DNA of 64,000 nucleotides from Octopus vulgaris. Taxonomy: Eukaryota. The DNA lies in contig OX597819.1 of assembly GCA_951406725.2 (NCBI GenBank), positions 13,330,001-13,394,000 on the forward strand, given 5' to 3'. This document shows positions 37,185-50,400 of this stretch, one piece after another. The notes under the pieces were generated by a model, which was not told where the DNA came from, made no database searches, and worked only from the letters and a program-made list of their open reading frames with translations. The stretch's first letter is position 1; each line of letters begins with the position of its first letter. The translations under genes and the position numbers were made by a program.

Positions 37185-37783
37185 CCCTTTAGTGTTCGCA
37201 TTATTCTGCCCAAATTAATGCCTTTCTTATCCACATTGCTTTGAACTAAGCTTGAGAGGTGGTTGGATGGAACTTACACTCGCCTCCTTATGAGAGCTCA
37301 AAATCTCTCATGGAAGCATCATCCAACCAAAGTACAAATATATGGGAAACTACCACCTGTGTCATCTCTTGTGAAAGGTAAGAGAGTCCAGTTTGCTGGA
37401 CATTGTTGTAGAGCTGAAAACGAGGTGATTTCTACTCTTCTCCCCTGGAAGCCATCTACTCGCAATACCAGAGGGCGCACTCTCCTACCCTGATGTAATC
37501 TCCAGGGATACAGGCATCCAGCAACAGGACCTCCGTAATGCCATGATGGACCATGAAGTCTGGTGTAGCATGGTAAATTCCATTGTCTCGACCACGGTTG
37601 AACAATGATGATGATGATTGAATTAATCAGGCATTATCTTGTAGCTATGAGATTTTGATGAGGTAGCTGTTAATTTTTAAAATGATATTGTAGGGTTGGT
37701 GTGAGAGACCAGATGTGGCCAGTTTGAACATAAAACAGGCAGAATACTTTCGGCCGGATATGGCCGGTTTAAATACTAAAGGG
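37185..37783 (-). mobile_element. MITE family 2 containing an RTE LINE insertion
   Basis: TTAA|CCCTTTAGT...ACTAAAGGG|TTAA. Confidence 0.85.
37250..37617 (+). mobile_element. RTE-clade LINE 3' fragment
   Basis: LDGTYTRLLMRAQNLSWKHH...QFAGHCCR...AMMDHEVW, a (TGA)n tail and TSD TTGAA(C/T)TAA. Confidence 0.85.
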
Positions 37784-38067
37784 TTAAGTAGCTCTCTGAA
37801 ATGGGGAAGTGACTACATGTTTCAAATCTGAAATCAGCTTAACCCTTTCAACTTGGAATTTTTTCTCAAGATTTGCATGCGTCTTCTCTAAAGTTTTGGT
37901 AAAATTTTATAGTGTAGATGCTTATTAGATGGTTTATGATGGTACCAATTATGTAGACACTATTTTAAGTCTGGTATATATTTGTACCATTTGGGTTTTC
38001 AAATCTACCATGCAGGTACCATTGTATTTAGATGAAATACCATGTATGTGCCAGTTGTGCCATGTAT

Positions 38068-38468
38068 GTGCCAGGAGTGGCTGTGTGGTAAGTAGCTTGC
38101 TTGCCAACCACATGGTTCCAGGTTCAGTCCCACTGCATGGCATTTTGGGCAAGTGTTTTCTACTATAGCCTCAGGCCAACCAAAGCCTTGTGAGTGGATT
38201 TGGTAGACGGAAACTGAAAGAAGCCCGTCGTATATATGCGTGTGTGTGTTTGTGTGTCTGTGTTTGTCCCCCTCGCATTGCTTGACAACCGATGCTGGTG
38301 TGTTTATGTCCCCGTTACTTAGCGGTTCAGCAAAAGAGGCCGATAGAATAAGTACTGGGCTTACAAAAGAATAAGTCCCGGGGTCGAGTTGCTCGATTAA
38401 AAGTCGGTGCTCCAGCATGGCCGCAGTCAAATGACTGAAACAAGAAAAAGAGTGAAAGAGTAAAGAGA
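38068..38468 (+). mobile_element. SINE family A
   Basis: Full-length homology. Confidence 0.9.
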
Positions 38469-38822
38469 GTATCAAAATACCACAGTGAATCTTGCAAGAA
38501 AAAAATGAAAATTTCAAATATTCGGGAGAAATACAAAGGTTGGTTGGAAAATTGTATATGTATGTTTGATTCACAACAAAAAGAATCTTCTCTAAAGAAC
38601 AGTTTTATTACATAACTGGTACAAGCTTAGCTATGCAACAAGCTACAATGGTACAAGTGTATACCAATACAAAACCACAGTGGTACAGGTGTGTACCACT
38701 CAAAATTATTTACTCTTAGAAATATGTATTGCAACATCGTTGCAAGAATATTACTATCCAATCCTCACAAGCTATGCACAATATGTTTATGATTAAGTAA
38801 ATACGTTTACAGTGAAGAAAAT

Positions 38823-38971
38823 TATTTACATTATTTACATTTGATGGATATTTGTCCTCATCTTGTTTGTTTGTTAACACAACATTTCAGCTGATATACC
38901 CTCCAGCCTTCATCAGGTGTCTTGGGGAAATTTCGAACCTGGGTTCTCATTCCTAAGGTATTTTTCGATGC

Positions 38972-39004
<33 letters not shown>

Positions 39005-39092
39005 AGTCACTGCCTGGAATCGAACTCAGAATCTTGGGGTTAGTAGCTCATGCTCTTAACCACTACGCCATATGCTCATGGCCAGGCAGTGA

Positions 39093-39145
<53 letters not shown>

Positions 39146-39313
39146 TTGAAAAATACCTTAGGAACAAGAACCCAGGTTTGAAATTTCCCCAAGACACCTG
39201 ATGAAGGCTGGAGGATATGTCAGCTAAAATGTTGTGTTAACAACAAACAAGATAAGGACAAATATCTGTCAAATGTAAATAATGTAAATAATTCCTCATC
39301 TCTTAAATATAGA
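38823..39313. mobile_element. SINE family G inverted pair (copy 3 on -, copy 4 on +)
   Basis: The - copy spans 38823-39075 with a tRNA head and hammerhead at 38876-38921. The headless + copy spans 39081-39313 with CTGATGA at 39198. They share the TSD ACAG(T/C)GAAGAAAAT. Confidence 0.8.
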
Positions 39314-39686
39314 ACAGCGAAGAAAATGCTATGAATAATTGATGCATGAGAATCAATAATAAACACTTAAACGCAGTTAGTAATGACGGGGATGTTTGTA
39401 CGCATGGGAGCCTTTTGAGTTGTCATTAAAGTGTCATATTAAGGTGGCCAGCTGGCAGAAATGTTAACAGGCTGGGCAAAATGCTTAGCAGTATCTTGTC
39501 TGTCTTTATGTTCTGAGTTTAAATTCTGCCAAGATTGACTTTGCTTTTCATCCTTTCGGCATCGATAAATTAAGTACCAGTTGCATACTGGGGGGGGGGG
39601 GGGGAATCTAATCTCAACTGGCACCCTTCCTAAAAATTTCGGCCCTTGTGCCTAGAGTAGAAAAGGTTATAGTGTCATGTACTCTG

Positions 39687-40180
39687 ATCATGATGGCCAT
39701 CCACTCGTGCCCGAGGAAGACCACTGCCGACCTTCAGGAACATTGTGCGCTCTAGGACTAACTTATATTTTGCATTTGCGGCTCCGTTGGTGGCTAATGA
39801 GCCCTGCTCTTGACAAGCACACACGACTGCAAACATTGCAGACCAAGCTTTCCCCATTCACTATACGAGCCGTGCGCTTTCGCACAGCTCGCTTAAGTTC
39901 TTCATGCTGGATACGTGCTCTCTCAAAAGTGTTGATCCCCTCCTTAACCTGCTTCCTCCATCTGTGGCGATGACAGGCATTGTTCTCCCAGTCAGTGTCC
40001 TGTATATCAAAAGCCTTTAATGAGGACTTGACACAGTCCTTAAATCGTAGCCTTGGTTTCTGCCGGAGTCTCCTTCCATTCACAAGTTCTCCATAGAGCA
40101 TCTGCTTAGGAATCCTTTTATCCTCCATTCTAATAAGGTGTCCAGTCCAACGCAACCGGTGCTTGTGTACCATACACTCT
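39687..40180 (-). mobile_element. RTE/BovB-like LINE 3' fragment
   Basis: RLRWTGHLIRMEDKRIPKQMLYGEL...PRLRFKDCVK...CNVCSRVCLSRAGLISHQR (C-terminal zinc finger). Confidence 0.9.
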
Positions 40181-41570
40181 GATTTTAAAGATTTGGGTTG
40201 TAAAATTTTTGATTGGTACAAATATGTACCAGCTGGGCTGAAAGGGTTTAGGTAGCTTATCCCATCCCAAAACACAACCAATTGCCTACAAATATTGACT
40301 TTCATTCAGTTGGCCATGGACATGCCTGGGCATAGCTGTGTGGTTAAGAAGTCTACTTCCCAACCACTTGGTTTTGGGTTCAGTCCACTTGTGTGGCACC
40401 TTAGGCAAGTATCTTTTATAGCCCTAAGCTGACTAAACCCTTGTGAGTGGATTTGGTAGATAGAAACTGAAAGAAACCTGTTGTATATGCGTATGTGTGT
40501 GTCCCCGTATTTTTATGTTGCGTGATAGTTGTAAGTGAATGTTACCATCATACACACAGCGTGATTCATCTCCAGTATTCCATGAAGGTGTGTTTGGTCC
40601 TGGGAAAATATTACTTTGCCTAGAAACAGGTAAGGGTTGGTGAAAGGAAGGGCAGAAACATTAGCATGCCAGGCGTTTATCGGCATTTCGTCTGTCGTTA
40701 CGTTCTGAGTTCAAATTTCTCTAAGGTCGACTTTGCCTTTCATCTTTTCAGGGTAGATAAATTAAGTACCAGTTACACACTGGAGTCGTTGTAATCAACT
40801 TAATCCCTTTGTCTGTCCTTGTTTGTCCCCTCTATGTTTAGCCCCTTGTGGGCAATAAAGAAATAAGAAAGGAAGGACATCCAGCCACAGAAAATCTGCC
40901 TCAGTGAATTCCACCTGATACTAAAAATATCTCTTTCCATAAAACAAAGAGGAAGCCTCTACATAGTTTCATGATGTGTCAGAAACAGTTGCCAAATCTC
41001 CCTCAAATAGAAAGCATAGGTGATGCATTATAATAATAATGTAGCTTTAAGATACACAATGGGTGAATAAAACTTGAGGTGGTTCTGGCAAAAGTATCTT
41101 TGAATTACAGGCTGAGTCAAAGAGCTGGGTGAAACAGTACCAACAACATATATGTATCCATGAGCCCTTGAAGGAATCTCAAAATGGAGCTTGATCTGTT
41201 AGAAATAACAACCAAATTTCCCATTACTGTTTTTAAGAAAAGAACGTAGGTTAGACAGTGTTTTCTTAGAGAAACCAAAATATAAGATGGCCATAGCAGG
41301 TATGCTTTTGATCATTGATCTGTGGGTAGAATTATAATATGTTGGCTGAGAAATGGATAAAAAATAATGTCATTGGTTTAGTTAAAAAGTGTGATAAAAT
41401 AATTAAGCTTAGACTAATTATGATCATCTCAACACCAAAAAAACATTTTACAGATGTGCACATACTTATATCTGTCTGTCCTCAGCCCCACACTCACACG
41501 AGTGTGTTTATGCATGTGGGGTTGTAAGTCCTGGCTATTATTCATATACAGTGATGTCTATATATGCTTT

Positions 41571-41874
41571 GTGGAGGCACATGGCCTAGTGGTTAGAGCA
41601 GTGGACTCATTGGTCAAGGGATCGCGGGTACGAATCTCAGACCGGGTGATGTGTGTGTTTATGAGTGAAATACCTAAGCTCCACATGGCTCCAGCAGAAG
41701 GTAATGGCTAGCTTCTGCTAACTCTTTCGCCACAACTTTCTCTCAGACTTTCCTCCTGCATCTTGCAGCTCACCTGCGACGGACCGGCATCCCGTCCAGG
41801 TGGGGAACCTATACGCCAAGGAAACCAGGAAATCGGCCCTTATGAGCCAGGCGTGGCTCGAGAAGGAACAAACA
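41571..41874 (+). mobile_element. SINE family D
   Basis: Homolog of 20061-20358 with TSD ATATATGCTTT. Confidence 0.85.
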
Positions 41875-42092
41875 ATATATGCTTTACAGTCGGAACTGAC
41901 TGACCAAGTAAATTGATTGTTTCTACAACACTTTTTTTACACTTCCTCAACAACAAATGAATGTTTGAAGTTTTACTTTACACCTTATCATTCATGTGAC
42001 ATCAATGCATTTATATGAAGAGTTATAAAGCATTACATCTAATTATCAACATTATCTGAAATAATTAAAAATATCATTGATGTGCTGTTTAA

Positions 42093-42301
42093 CCCATTAA
42101 GTCCCACTGTCCTATAAATAGGACACTAAATGAGAACATTAAATAAGCTATGTCACATTGTCTCAGTGTCCTATTTCTAGAACACTGAGTTTTTCCATTT
42201 CTACTTGAAGTAAAGGAGTTTTAATAACTATTTTTTTTTCAATCATCTGTAACAATTTAAAAGTAATATTCAGAAATTTAAGTACTCTGGAACGTAATGC
42301 G
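42093..42301. mobile_element. piggyBac-type MITE family 3
   Basis: TTAA|CCCATTAAGTCCCA ... TGGAACGTAATGCG|TTAA imperfect TIRs, with internal GTGTCCTA repeats. Confidence 0.55.
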
Positions 42302-42742
42302 TTAATAGACTACATTCTGTATAACTTGCACAAGTTTTGGCTATTACTGCAGTGTGCAATGAAATGGATGGTAATTTTCTGGGCGACACCATAATGGTTA
42401 CTTCAACACACATGGAGGTTACAGATATGGTGAAAAGAATGAAAAATGATAAAGAATCTTGGAGTACTGGGACACAAATCTACTAACCATCATTGACAGG
42501 AAACTGGCCAGTCACCTTAATGGTCCCTTCCCTAATAATTAATTGATCATTTATCACTGTTAGACTCCTCCAAATCATGCTGGAAAACTTAATGTATTAT
42601 GATAACAGAAACATTTGAGGACAAAACAGTATTCAAATTTTAAGCTTTTCTTTAAAAATGTTAATTTTGGCCAGTTCAAGGCCTGCATGTATTAAACGAG
42701 AAAGATAAAAACATGAATACTTATTACAATTTGATCGTTTTC

Positions 42743-43505
42743 AATAAATGTCTTTACACTTTATCATTCATAGGTGCAGGAGTCTGTGGTAAGAAGCTTA
42801 CTTCCCAACCACATGTTTCTGGGTTCAGTCCTACTGTGTGGCACCTTGGGAAAGTGTCTCCTACTATAGCCCCAGTCCAACAAAAACCTTGTGAACAGAT
42901 TTGGTAGACAGAAAATGAAAGAAGACCATCATATATCATCATCGTTGTCGTTTAACATCCGCTTTCCATGCTGGCATGGGTTGGATGGTTTGACTGAGGG
43001 CTGGCAAGCCAGGAGGCTGCACCAGGTTCCTGTCCGATCTAGCAAGGTTTCTACAGCTAGATGTCTTTCCTAGCGCCAACCACTCCAAGAGTGTAGTGGG
43101 TGCTTTTTACATACCACTGGCATGTAATAAATGTCTTTACACTTTATCATTCATAGATGCAGGAGTGTGTGGTAAGAAGCTTACTTCCCAACCACATGTT
43201 TCTGGGTTCAGTCCCTCTGTGTGGCACCTTGGGAAAGTGTCTCCTACTATAGCCCCAGTCCAACAAAATCCTTGTGAACAGATTTGGTAGACAGAAAATG
43301 AAAGAAGACCATCATATATCATCATTGTCGTCGTTTAACATCCGCTTTCCATGCTGGCATGGGTTGGACGGTTTGACTGAGGGCTGGCAAGCCAGGAGGC
43401 TGTACCAGGTTCCTGTCCGATCTAGCAAGGTTTCTACAGCTAGATGTCCTTCCTAGCGCCAACCACTCCAAGAGTGTAGTGGGTGCTTTTTACATACCAC
43501 TGGCA
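42743..43505. repeat. 383-bp tandem duplication of a SINE A head and family F tail junction
   Basis: 42743-43125 is repeated from 43126. Confidence 0.92.
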
Positions 43506-43760
43506 GGAAGGCCAGTCAGGTGGTACTGGCACCAGCCATGCTTAGATGGTGTTTTCTACATGCCAGGTGGCACTGGCGACGACCACGCTCGAATGGTGCT
43601 TTTTATGTGCCACCAGCATGGGACCAGTCAGCTGGCACTGGCATTGACCACGCTCAAATGGTGCTTTTTATGTGCCACCGACACAGGTGCCAATCAGGTG
43701 GTACTGTCACCGTCCATCACATTTATATGGAAAATAGTTGGGGGTATATATGTCGTAGTC

Positions 43761-44010
43761 TAACTTCCTGGAAATTTGGTAGAAAACTTCCTGGAAAGTT
43801 CCAAGGATTTTCTAACTTCTGGGAAATTTGGTCGAAAAGCTCCTGGAAAGTTCCGAGAATATACTAACTTCCTCAAAATTTGGCCGAAAAGTTCCTGGAA
43901 AGTACCGAAGATTTTCTAACTTCCGGGAAATTTGGTCGAAAACTTCCTAGAAAGTTCCGAGGCTTTTCTAACTTCCTGGAAATTTAGTCAAAAACTTCCT
44001 GGGAAGTTCA
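43761..44010. repeat. 52-bp minisatellite, ~4.8 copies
   Basis: Unit TAACTTCCTGGAAATTTGGTCGAAAACTTCCTGGAAAGTTCCGAGGATTTTC at 43761, 43813, 43865, 43917 and 43969. Confidence 0.9.
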
Positions 44011-44890
44011 GTGTTGAAATATGCAGATGATGATACCAAGCTGTACCTTGAAATAAAAAGAACGGATCCTATCCTGCAATCAGATCTGGATACAATGCAG
44101 CAGTGGACATCTGACTGGCATCTCAAGCTATCTGTAGACAAGTGTCTCACCATACATTTTGGGAGGAAAAATCCGGCTTTTACATACTCCCTCAGCAACA
44201 CCAATCTCAAGAAGTCTTCCGGTGGACATGTTCTGGGTATTATTGTAAACAACAATCTGCATTGGACAAACCACATATCTAAGATTGTCAAAAAGGCTGA
44301 GGTGGTGACTGCATCTCTCAGTAAGACCTTTGTCAGCCACTCTCCAGTTATCTATTTAAAATTGTATACGACAATGGTATGTCCACACTTGGGATTTGCA
44401 TCACCAGTCTGGAACCCCTCTCTTTCTCAGCATATAAATCTCCTGGAAACTGTTCAGAAATGTGCAACAAAGCGAATACCCACCGTCAGATATCTACCAT
44501 ACTCTGAACGTCTTGCATTCCTGGGCATGGATACATTGAAGCCCAGACGTCTGGCAAATGACTTGTTTGACATCCACAAGATTATCCACCATATTTCCAG
44601 CAACAACTTTGGGTAACTTTTTAAATTTCATATGACAATCACTCACGGACATGCTTATAAAATCAAAAAACAACACAGCACCCATGACTTTCGGAAACAA
44701 TTTTTCATGCTCAGAATTGCAGAAGCATGGAATAAACCACCTGCATCAGTTGTTAGCTGTCAATACACTACATCCTTCAAAACTTCCATGTGTACTGAAA
44801 TCCGCCAACAGTACGCCTGATGGCCATTTTTCTTTTTAGTTGTAGTGCACCTGAGCACTGTATACAACAATTTCCGTTATCATTATATAT
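44011..44890 (+). mobile_element. CR1-clade LINE, 5'-truncated RT relic
   Basis: KYADD(D)TKLY, LQSDLD, LYTTMVCPHL..SPVWNP, LETVQKCATK, PYSERL, and after a frameshift HGHAYKI..FRKQFF..R..EAWN. Confidence 0.9.
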
Positions 44891-45624
44891 GTGTGTTTGT
44901 TGAGTTTCTGTGCAGTATTTTAGGTCTGTTAGTCAATGTAATGTCACACACTCACTTCTGTTCCCACTCAGTGGTACCCTACGCAGTGTTCAATATTTGG
45001 TGCAAGACTGTCTCTCTTTTCTATCTATTTCTCTGTCCTTCTCCTCTCCCTCTATCTACTTCTCTACCTATCTGCTGCTTTTCTCTCTTTACTGCCTTCC
45101 ATTTCTTCCTCTGTCCATCTCTGTCAACTACCTACTGTCTATCTTTACTCCCTTATTTCTCCGCACTCTCTCTTTCTTCCTACTTGCTCTTCCTTAACCT
45201 TCTCTACTCTCTTTCTTCACTTTTTTGGTACCAAAAGACAATCCAATTTTTTATAACTCATCGTTTTTCTACTTGACCAGTGCTATAGTAGGAGACCAGT
45301 GCATTTTCCATGCTGGAATAGGTTGAATGGTTCGACTGGGGCCTGGGAAGCCAGGAGGCTGCACTAGGCTCCTGTCTGATCTGGCAGTGTTTCTACAGCT
45401 GGATGCCCTTCCTATCGCCAACCACTCTGAGAGTGTAGTGGGTGCTGTTTTTACGTGCCACCAGCACAGGGGCCAATTTCCTGCCTAGTACTCATTTCAG
45501 ATTCCCAGTTTATCTTTTCACCTTTCATTCTTTTCTTTCCTTCTAACTTCCTTCCCTCTACCCCATCTCTCTATCATTCTCCTGAGCCTTCTCATTGTAC
45601 CTTTGTAACACAAGCACCACTATT

Positions 45625-46137
45625 TTCTTCCAATGCACAAAATATTGTGTTTATTGGCTATCTTCAAAATGATCACACCATCAATGGAAAATTTCAATAC
45701 CAACTTCCTAAGGCAGTTATGAAAGGCTATCAAGATCAAACACCCAGAAAAACTGATGAATGGGGTCTTGTTTCATTAGGACAATGCTTCAGCACACAAG
45801 TCTTTGGTTTCAATGGCTGCTGTATGTGACTGGCTTTGAACTGGTTGATCATCCTCCCTATGTTAGTGATTTGGTTCCTTCTGGTTATCATCTGTTTCCC
45901 AACATAGAAAAACACTCAGCTGAGCACCAGTATCACTATGATGATAACATCTTATCTGTTGTTGCTGACCATTTTGATCAACAGAAAAGCTTCTTCACCA
46001 GTGCGACCCAAGCGCTGCAACTACTAATGGAAGTGTGTGGACAGTAAGAGGAACTGTGTTAGAAAATGAACTTCATTTGGTCACATTCCATTGAGAGTGT
46101 CTTGCTCAGATTATGAACATTTCAGCGGACCCTCATA
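45625..46137 (+). pseudogene. mariner (DD34D) transposase relic with right TIR
   Basis: Degenerate GVLFH*DNASAH and GFELVDHPPYVSDLVPSGYHLFP, ending CATTTCAGCGGACCCTCATA. Confidence 0.8.
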
Positions 46138-46487
46138 ATAATAAAAATTATTATACCTGCATTTGTTTTAATGTTAACATTGAAAGAAATAAAAGTGTAA
46201 AAGAGTATATTTATTTTGAGATACTCTGTGTTTCTTTCAATTAATTTTAAATATAACAAAGGATTTAGTAAAATAACTTAGTTATCATTAAACTAGGGTT
46301 TAGGAAGATAAATTGTGATTAAGGTGAGGGGTCCAGTTGATCAACTGGTACTTAAGAAATATTTCACACACACACTGGTACTTAATTTATGGACCCTGAA
46401 AGGATGAAAGGAGGTCAATTAATTATTGATACACTAAGGTTTTCTGATGTACTGTCACATGACTGAAAGAAATAAAAGTGTAAAAGA

Positions 46488-46940
46488 GTATATTTATTTT
46501 GAGATACTCTGTGTTTCTTTCAATTAATTTTAAATATAACAAAGGATTTAGTAAAATAACTTAGTTATCATTAAACTAGGGTTTAGGAAGATAAATTGTG
46601 ATTAAGGTTTGGTGGAAGATTTTAATTCAGAACTTTTGAAAACAAGACATTTGTACTACAGAGCCAGAGGTGGTTTCAGCCAGATTGGTATTGAAAGGGT
46701 TAAGAATTGTTTGTCTATTGGTAACCCTTTCGTTACTGTATTTATTTTGAGATGCTCTGTGTTTCTTTCAATTAATTTTAAATATAACAAAGAATTTAGT
46801 AAAATAACTTAGTTAAGCTAGGGTTAAGAGCATAAACTGTGACTAAGGATTGGTGGAAGATTTTAATTCAGAACTTATGAAAACAAAACATTTGTACTAC
46901 AGCACCAGAGGCAGTTTCATCCTGGTTGGTATCGAAAGGG
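46488..46940 (+). mobile_element. MITE family 1 dimer (first unit 5'-truncated)
   Basis: Units end AAAGGG|TTAA at 46699 and 46940, with linker GAATTGTTTGTCTATT. Confidence 0.8.
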
Positions 46941-49726
46941 TTAAACGAAATATTGGTTTGGAATGAAACTTTGCCAGTTAAAGATTATGTATATTTTAAA
47001 AGAAACCTTTAGTTATCGTAATAACTACATTGTAAGGAATCTTTCCAGTGCCACATAAAAAATACCTCTGTGAAGAGGTTGGCATAAAGAAGGGCATCCA
47101 GCCGTAGAAACCATATCTAAGCAGACAATTGGAGCCGGGTGCAGCTTTCCAACTTTGCCAGCTCCTGTCAAACTCTCCAACTCATGCCATCATGAGAAAC
47201 ATGTTCATCATCATCGTCATCATCGTTTAACGTCCGTTCTCCATGCTAGCATGGGTTGGATGGTTCGACCGGGGATCTGGGAGGCCAGAAGGCTGCACCA
47301 GGCTCCAGTCTGATCTGGCAATGTTTCTACAGCTGGATGCCCTTCCTATCGCCAACCACTCCGTGAGTGTAGTGGGTGCTTTTTACGTGCCACCTGCACT
47401 GGAGCCAGGCGAGGCTGGCATTGGCCACGGTCGGATTGGTGCATTTTACGTGCCACCGGCACGGAATCCAGTCGAGGCGGCACTGGCTTCAGCCACGATT
47501 CGGATGGTGCTTTTTACGTGCCACTGACACGGAAGCCAGTCGTGGTGGCGCTGGCATCGGCCACGATTTGGATAATGCTTTTTACGTATCTCCAGTCCAG
47601 GGGTCCTGGCATCTGCCAGGTGCCAGTCATAGGATTGGTTCAATTTCGATTCCGATTTCGATGTTAAATAATCATATTTAAATTTTTCTTTCAAGTAAAC
47701 AGAAATGCCAGTCAAAGCTTCTCAGTTATAAGATCTTTAAAAGTTACTGCAAGATTTGTAATTATATTTTGCAATTAATGTAGTTCATTACAAATATTTC
47801 TCTTTTTTGTCTAAATACTAATGGTAGAAGAGGCAAAGTATAACAAAAATTTTCACTAATGACGCATTTGAGATAGAGCAACCGTATTTTTCTGAGCTGA
47901 CATTTTCATTTATGTAAAATGAAACAAATAACACAAGAATAATCCACTAATGATAACACTATATAAATCTCTAAACACAGATTGGTAATTATTGTATGTA
48001 AATACCAGTTGTTAGCTGAATGGAATTCAGTTTAATAAGAAAGTGATCTCAAATATAATTGCCATTTAACAGTACAAATGACTCTTGAGTCAAAAGTAAC
48101 AATCATTATCATCATCATGAACAGAAAACTGTTTCTCAATGGGTTATTGTTTGTTCCACTTAGCTCTTGTAAAGTGGACCGAACAATCAGTGTTCCAGAT
48201 ATGACTGCCTCCTCTTAATTTGAAACAATGTATTCAGATTAGCACTACGGAAGTGGGTCAATTTTTTTATTGTGACCAAGACTGTCATTCTTGCATTGGT
48301 CTCCATAGCCACAAGAGGTACCTCTCAAGCTGAGAGGCCCAGCCTAGATAATAAATGGATGGATGTGATACCCATGGTCAGCCATGACCAAAGGTGGCAT
48401 CTAAAGATGTGGTTTGAGAGGAAGTTGGTTGCTATTTCTTGCAGATTGAGTGACTGTATAAAGATGTTTCCTCAGTGTTTATTTCTGAACATATAAAATT
48501 ACAACATTCAAAACATGTGACTTATTTTATCATTTGAAATATGTACGAAAAGGATTTGTCCAACATCCTCCTCATCGTCATCTCTATTAATACTATGACT
48601 GCATTTTGGAGATAAATTGATATCAAAGTAAACTTATTTTTTAATTGCTTAAATCCATTACTCTGTACCAAACAGGAACTGAATAGAAATACTTTATCAT
48701 AATAAGAACTATCTTAAACCATATTTGACAGCTTAACGACAAACATGAGCTTTTGTGTAGAACAGTCCAATTTTGGCAGGCCCTTTCTTGAATCTACTTG
48801 TAACCCAAACTCTGACTTTGGTGACCTTTTGTTCAGATTCAGGCTAATTTCCTGAAACTTTGTGTGTGTGTGTGAAATATTTCTTAATCCACAAAATTAC
48901 CAATATTTTTAGTGATTATTTGATTGACTTATCTCGAGAATCATGACCAATCAGAAAATGATCAATGGAAATTTATTCCTATATCTAAAACATATTGATC
49001 TCAGTAATATGAAATACATTGCCAACAATGAATCAGTCTGAAATGTATCAAAAATAAATTGAAAATTTTTTCGTTTTTGCAATTATTGGAATATTATTCT
49101 CATAACCTGAAATAACATCTTTAAAACTTTAGTGTTTAAACCGGCCATATCAGGCCCAGATATTCCATGTTTTATATTCAAACTGACAATATCTAGCCTC
49201 TCACACCTACCCTACAATGTCATTCTAAAAATAAACAATCACATCATTGAAACCTCAAAGCTATAAGATAATGCATGATTAATTCAAAACAATTTGAGTG
49301 AAAAAGTATTACATTTAACAGAGTAATCTGAACACTAAAGGGTTAAAACTTTTACACAACTGAAACAGTTCTCTGACATTAGGTCAATAAAAGAAGTACC
49401 AGTTGCGTACTGAGGTCCGTGTAATCAACTATTCCCCTCCCCACAAAATCCAGGCCTTGTGTCTATAGTTGAAAAGGTTATCATTAAGGTGGCGAGCTGG
49501 CAGAATCGTTAGCAGACCAGATGAAATGCTTAGTAGTATTTTGCCCGTTGTTTCGTTCTGAGTTCAAATTCTGCTGGGGTTGACTTTACCTTTCATCCTT
49601 TTAGGGTCGATAAAATAAGTACCAGTTGAACACTGGAGTTGGTATAATTGACTCATCCCTACCTCCCCCAAGCTGCCCTTGGAGCAAAAAAGCATTTGAA
49701 ATAATTATAATTATTATTATTATTAG

Positions 49727-50400
49727 ACAGCAAGATGGCAGGATTGTTAGCGCTCTGGCCAAACTTCTTAGTGGCATTTCGTCTCTCCTTATGTTCTGAG
49801 TTCAAATTCCGTCAGGGTTGACTTTGCCTTTCATCCTTTCAGGGGTCAGTAAATTAAGTACTAGTGAAACACTGGGGTCGATGTAATCAACTATTCTCCC
49901 ACCCCCAAAATTTCTTATTTCTTTACGGCCCACAAGGAGCTACTCACAGAGGGGACAAACAAGGACAGACAAACAGATTAAGTCGATTATATCTGTTTCT
50001 TTATTACCCACAAGGGGCTAAACATAGAGGGGACAGACAAATGGATGAAGTCGATTACATCGACCCCGAAAGGATGAAAGGCAAAGTCGACCTCGGCGGA
50101 ATTTGAACTCACAACGTTGCAACAGACGAAATACCACAAAGCATTTCGCCCCGCGTGCTAAAGATTCTGCCAGCTCGCCACCTTATAAGTCGATTATATC
50201 AACCCCAGTGTGTAACTGATAATTATTTAATTGACTCCTAAAGGATGAAAGGTAAAGTCGACCTCGACAGAATTTGAACTCAGGACGTAGCAGCAGATGA
50301 AATACCACTAAGTATTTCGCCCGGTGTGCTAACGTTTCTGCCAGCTCGCCGCCTTACCCCCAAAATTTCTGGCCTTGTGTCTATAGTTGAAAGGATTCTT
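49727..50400. mobile_element. Three nested family B SINEs
   Basis: TSDs ACCCCCAAAATTTCT (49901/50356) and TAAGTCGATTATATC (49979/50186). Confidence 0.85.
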
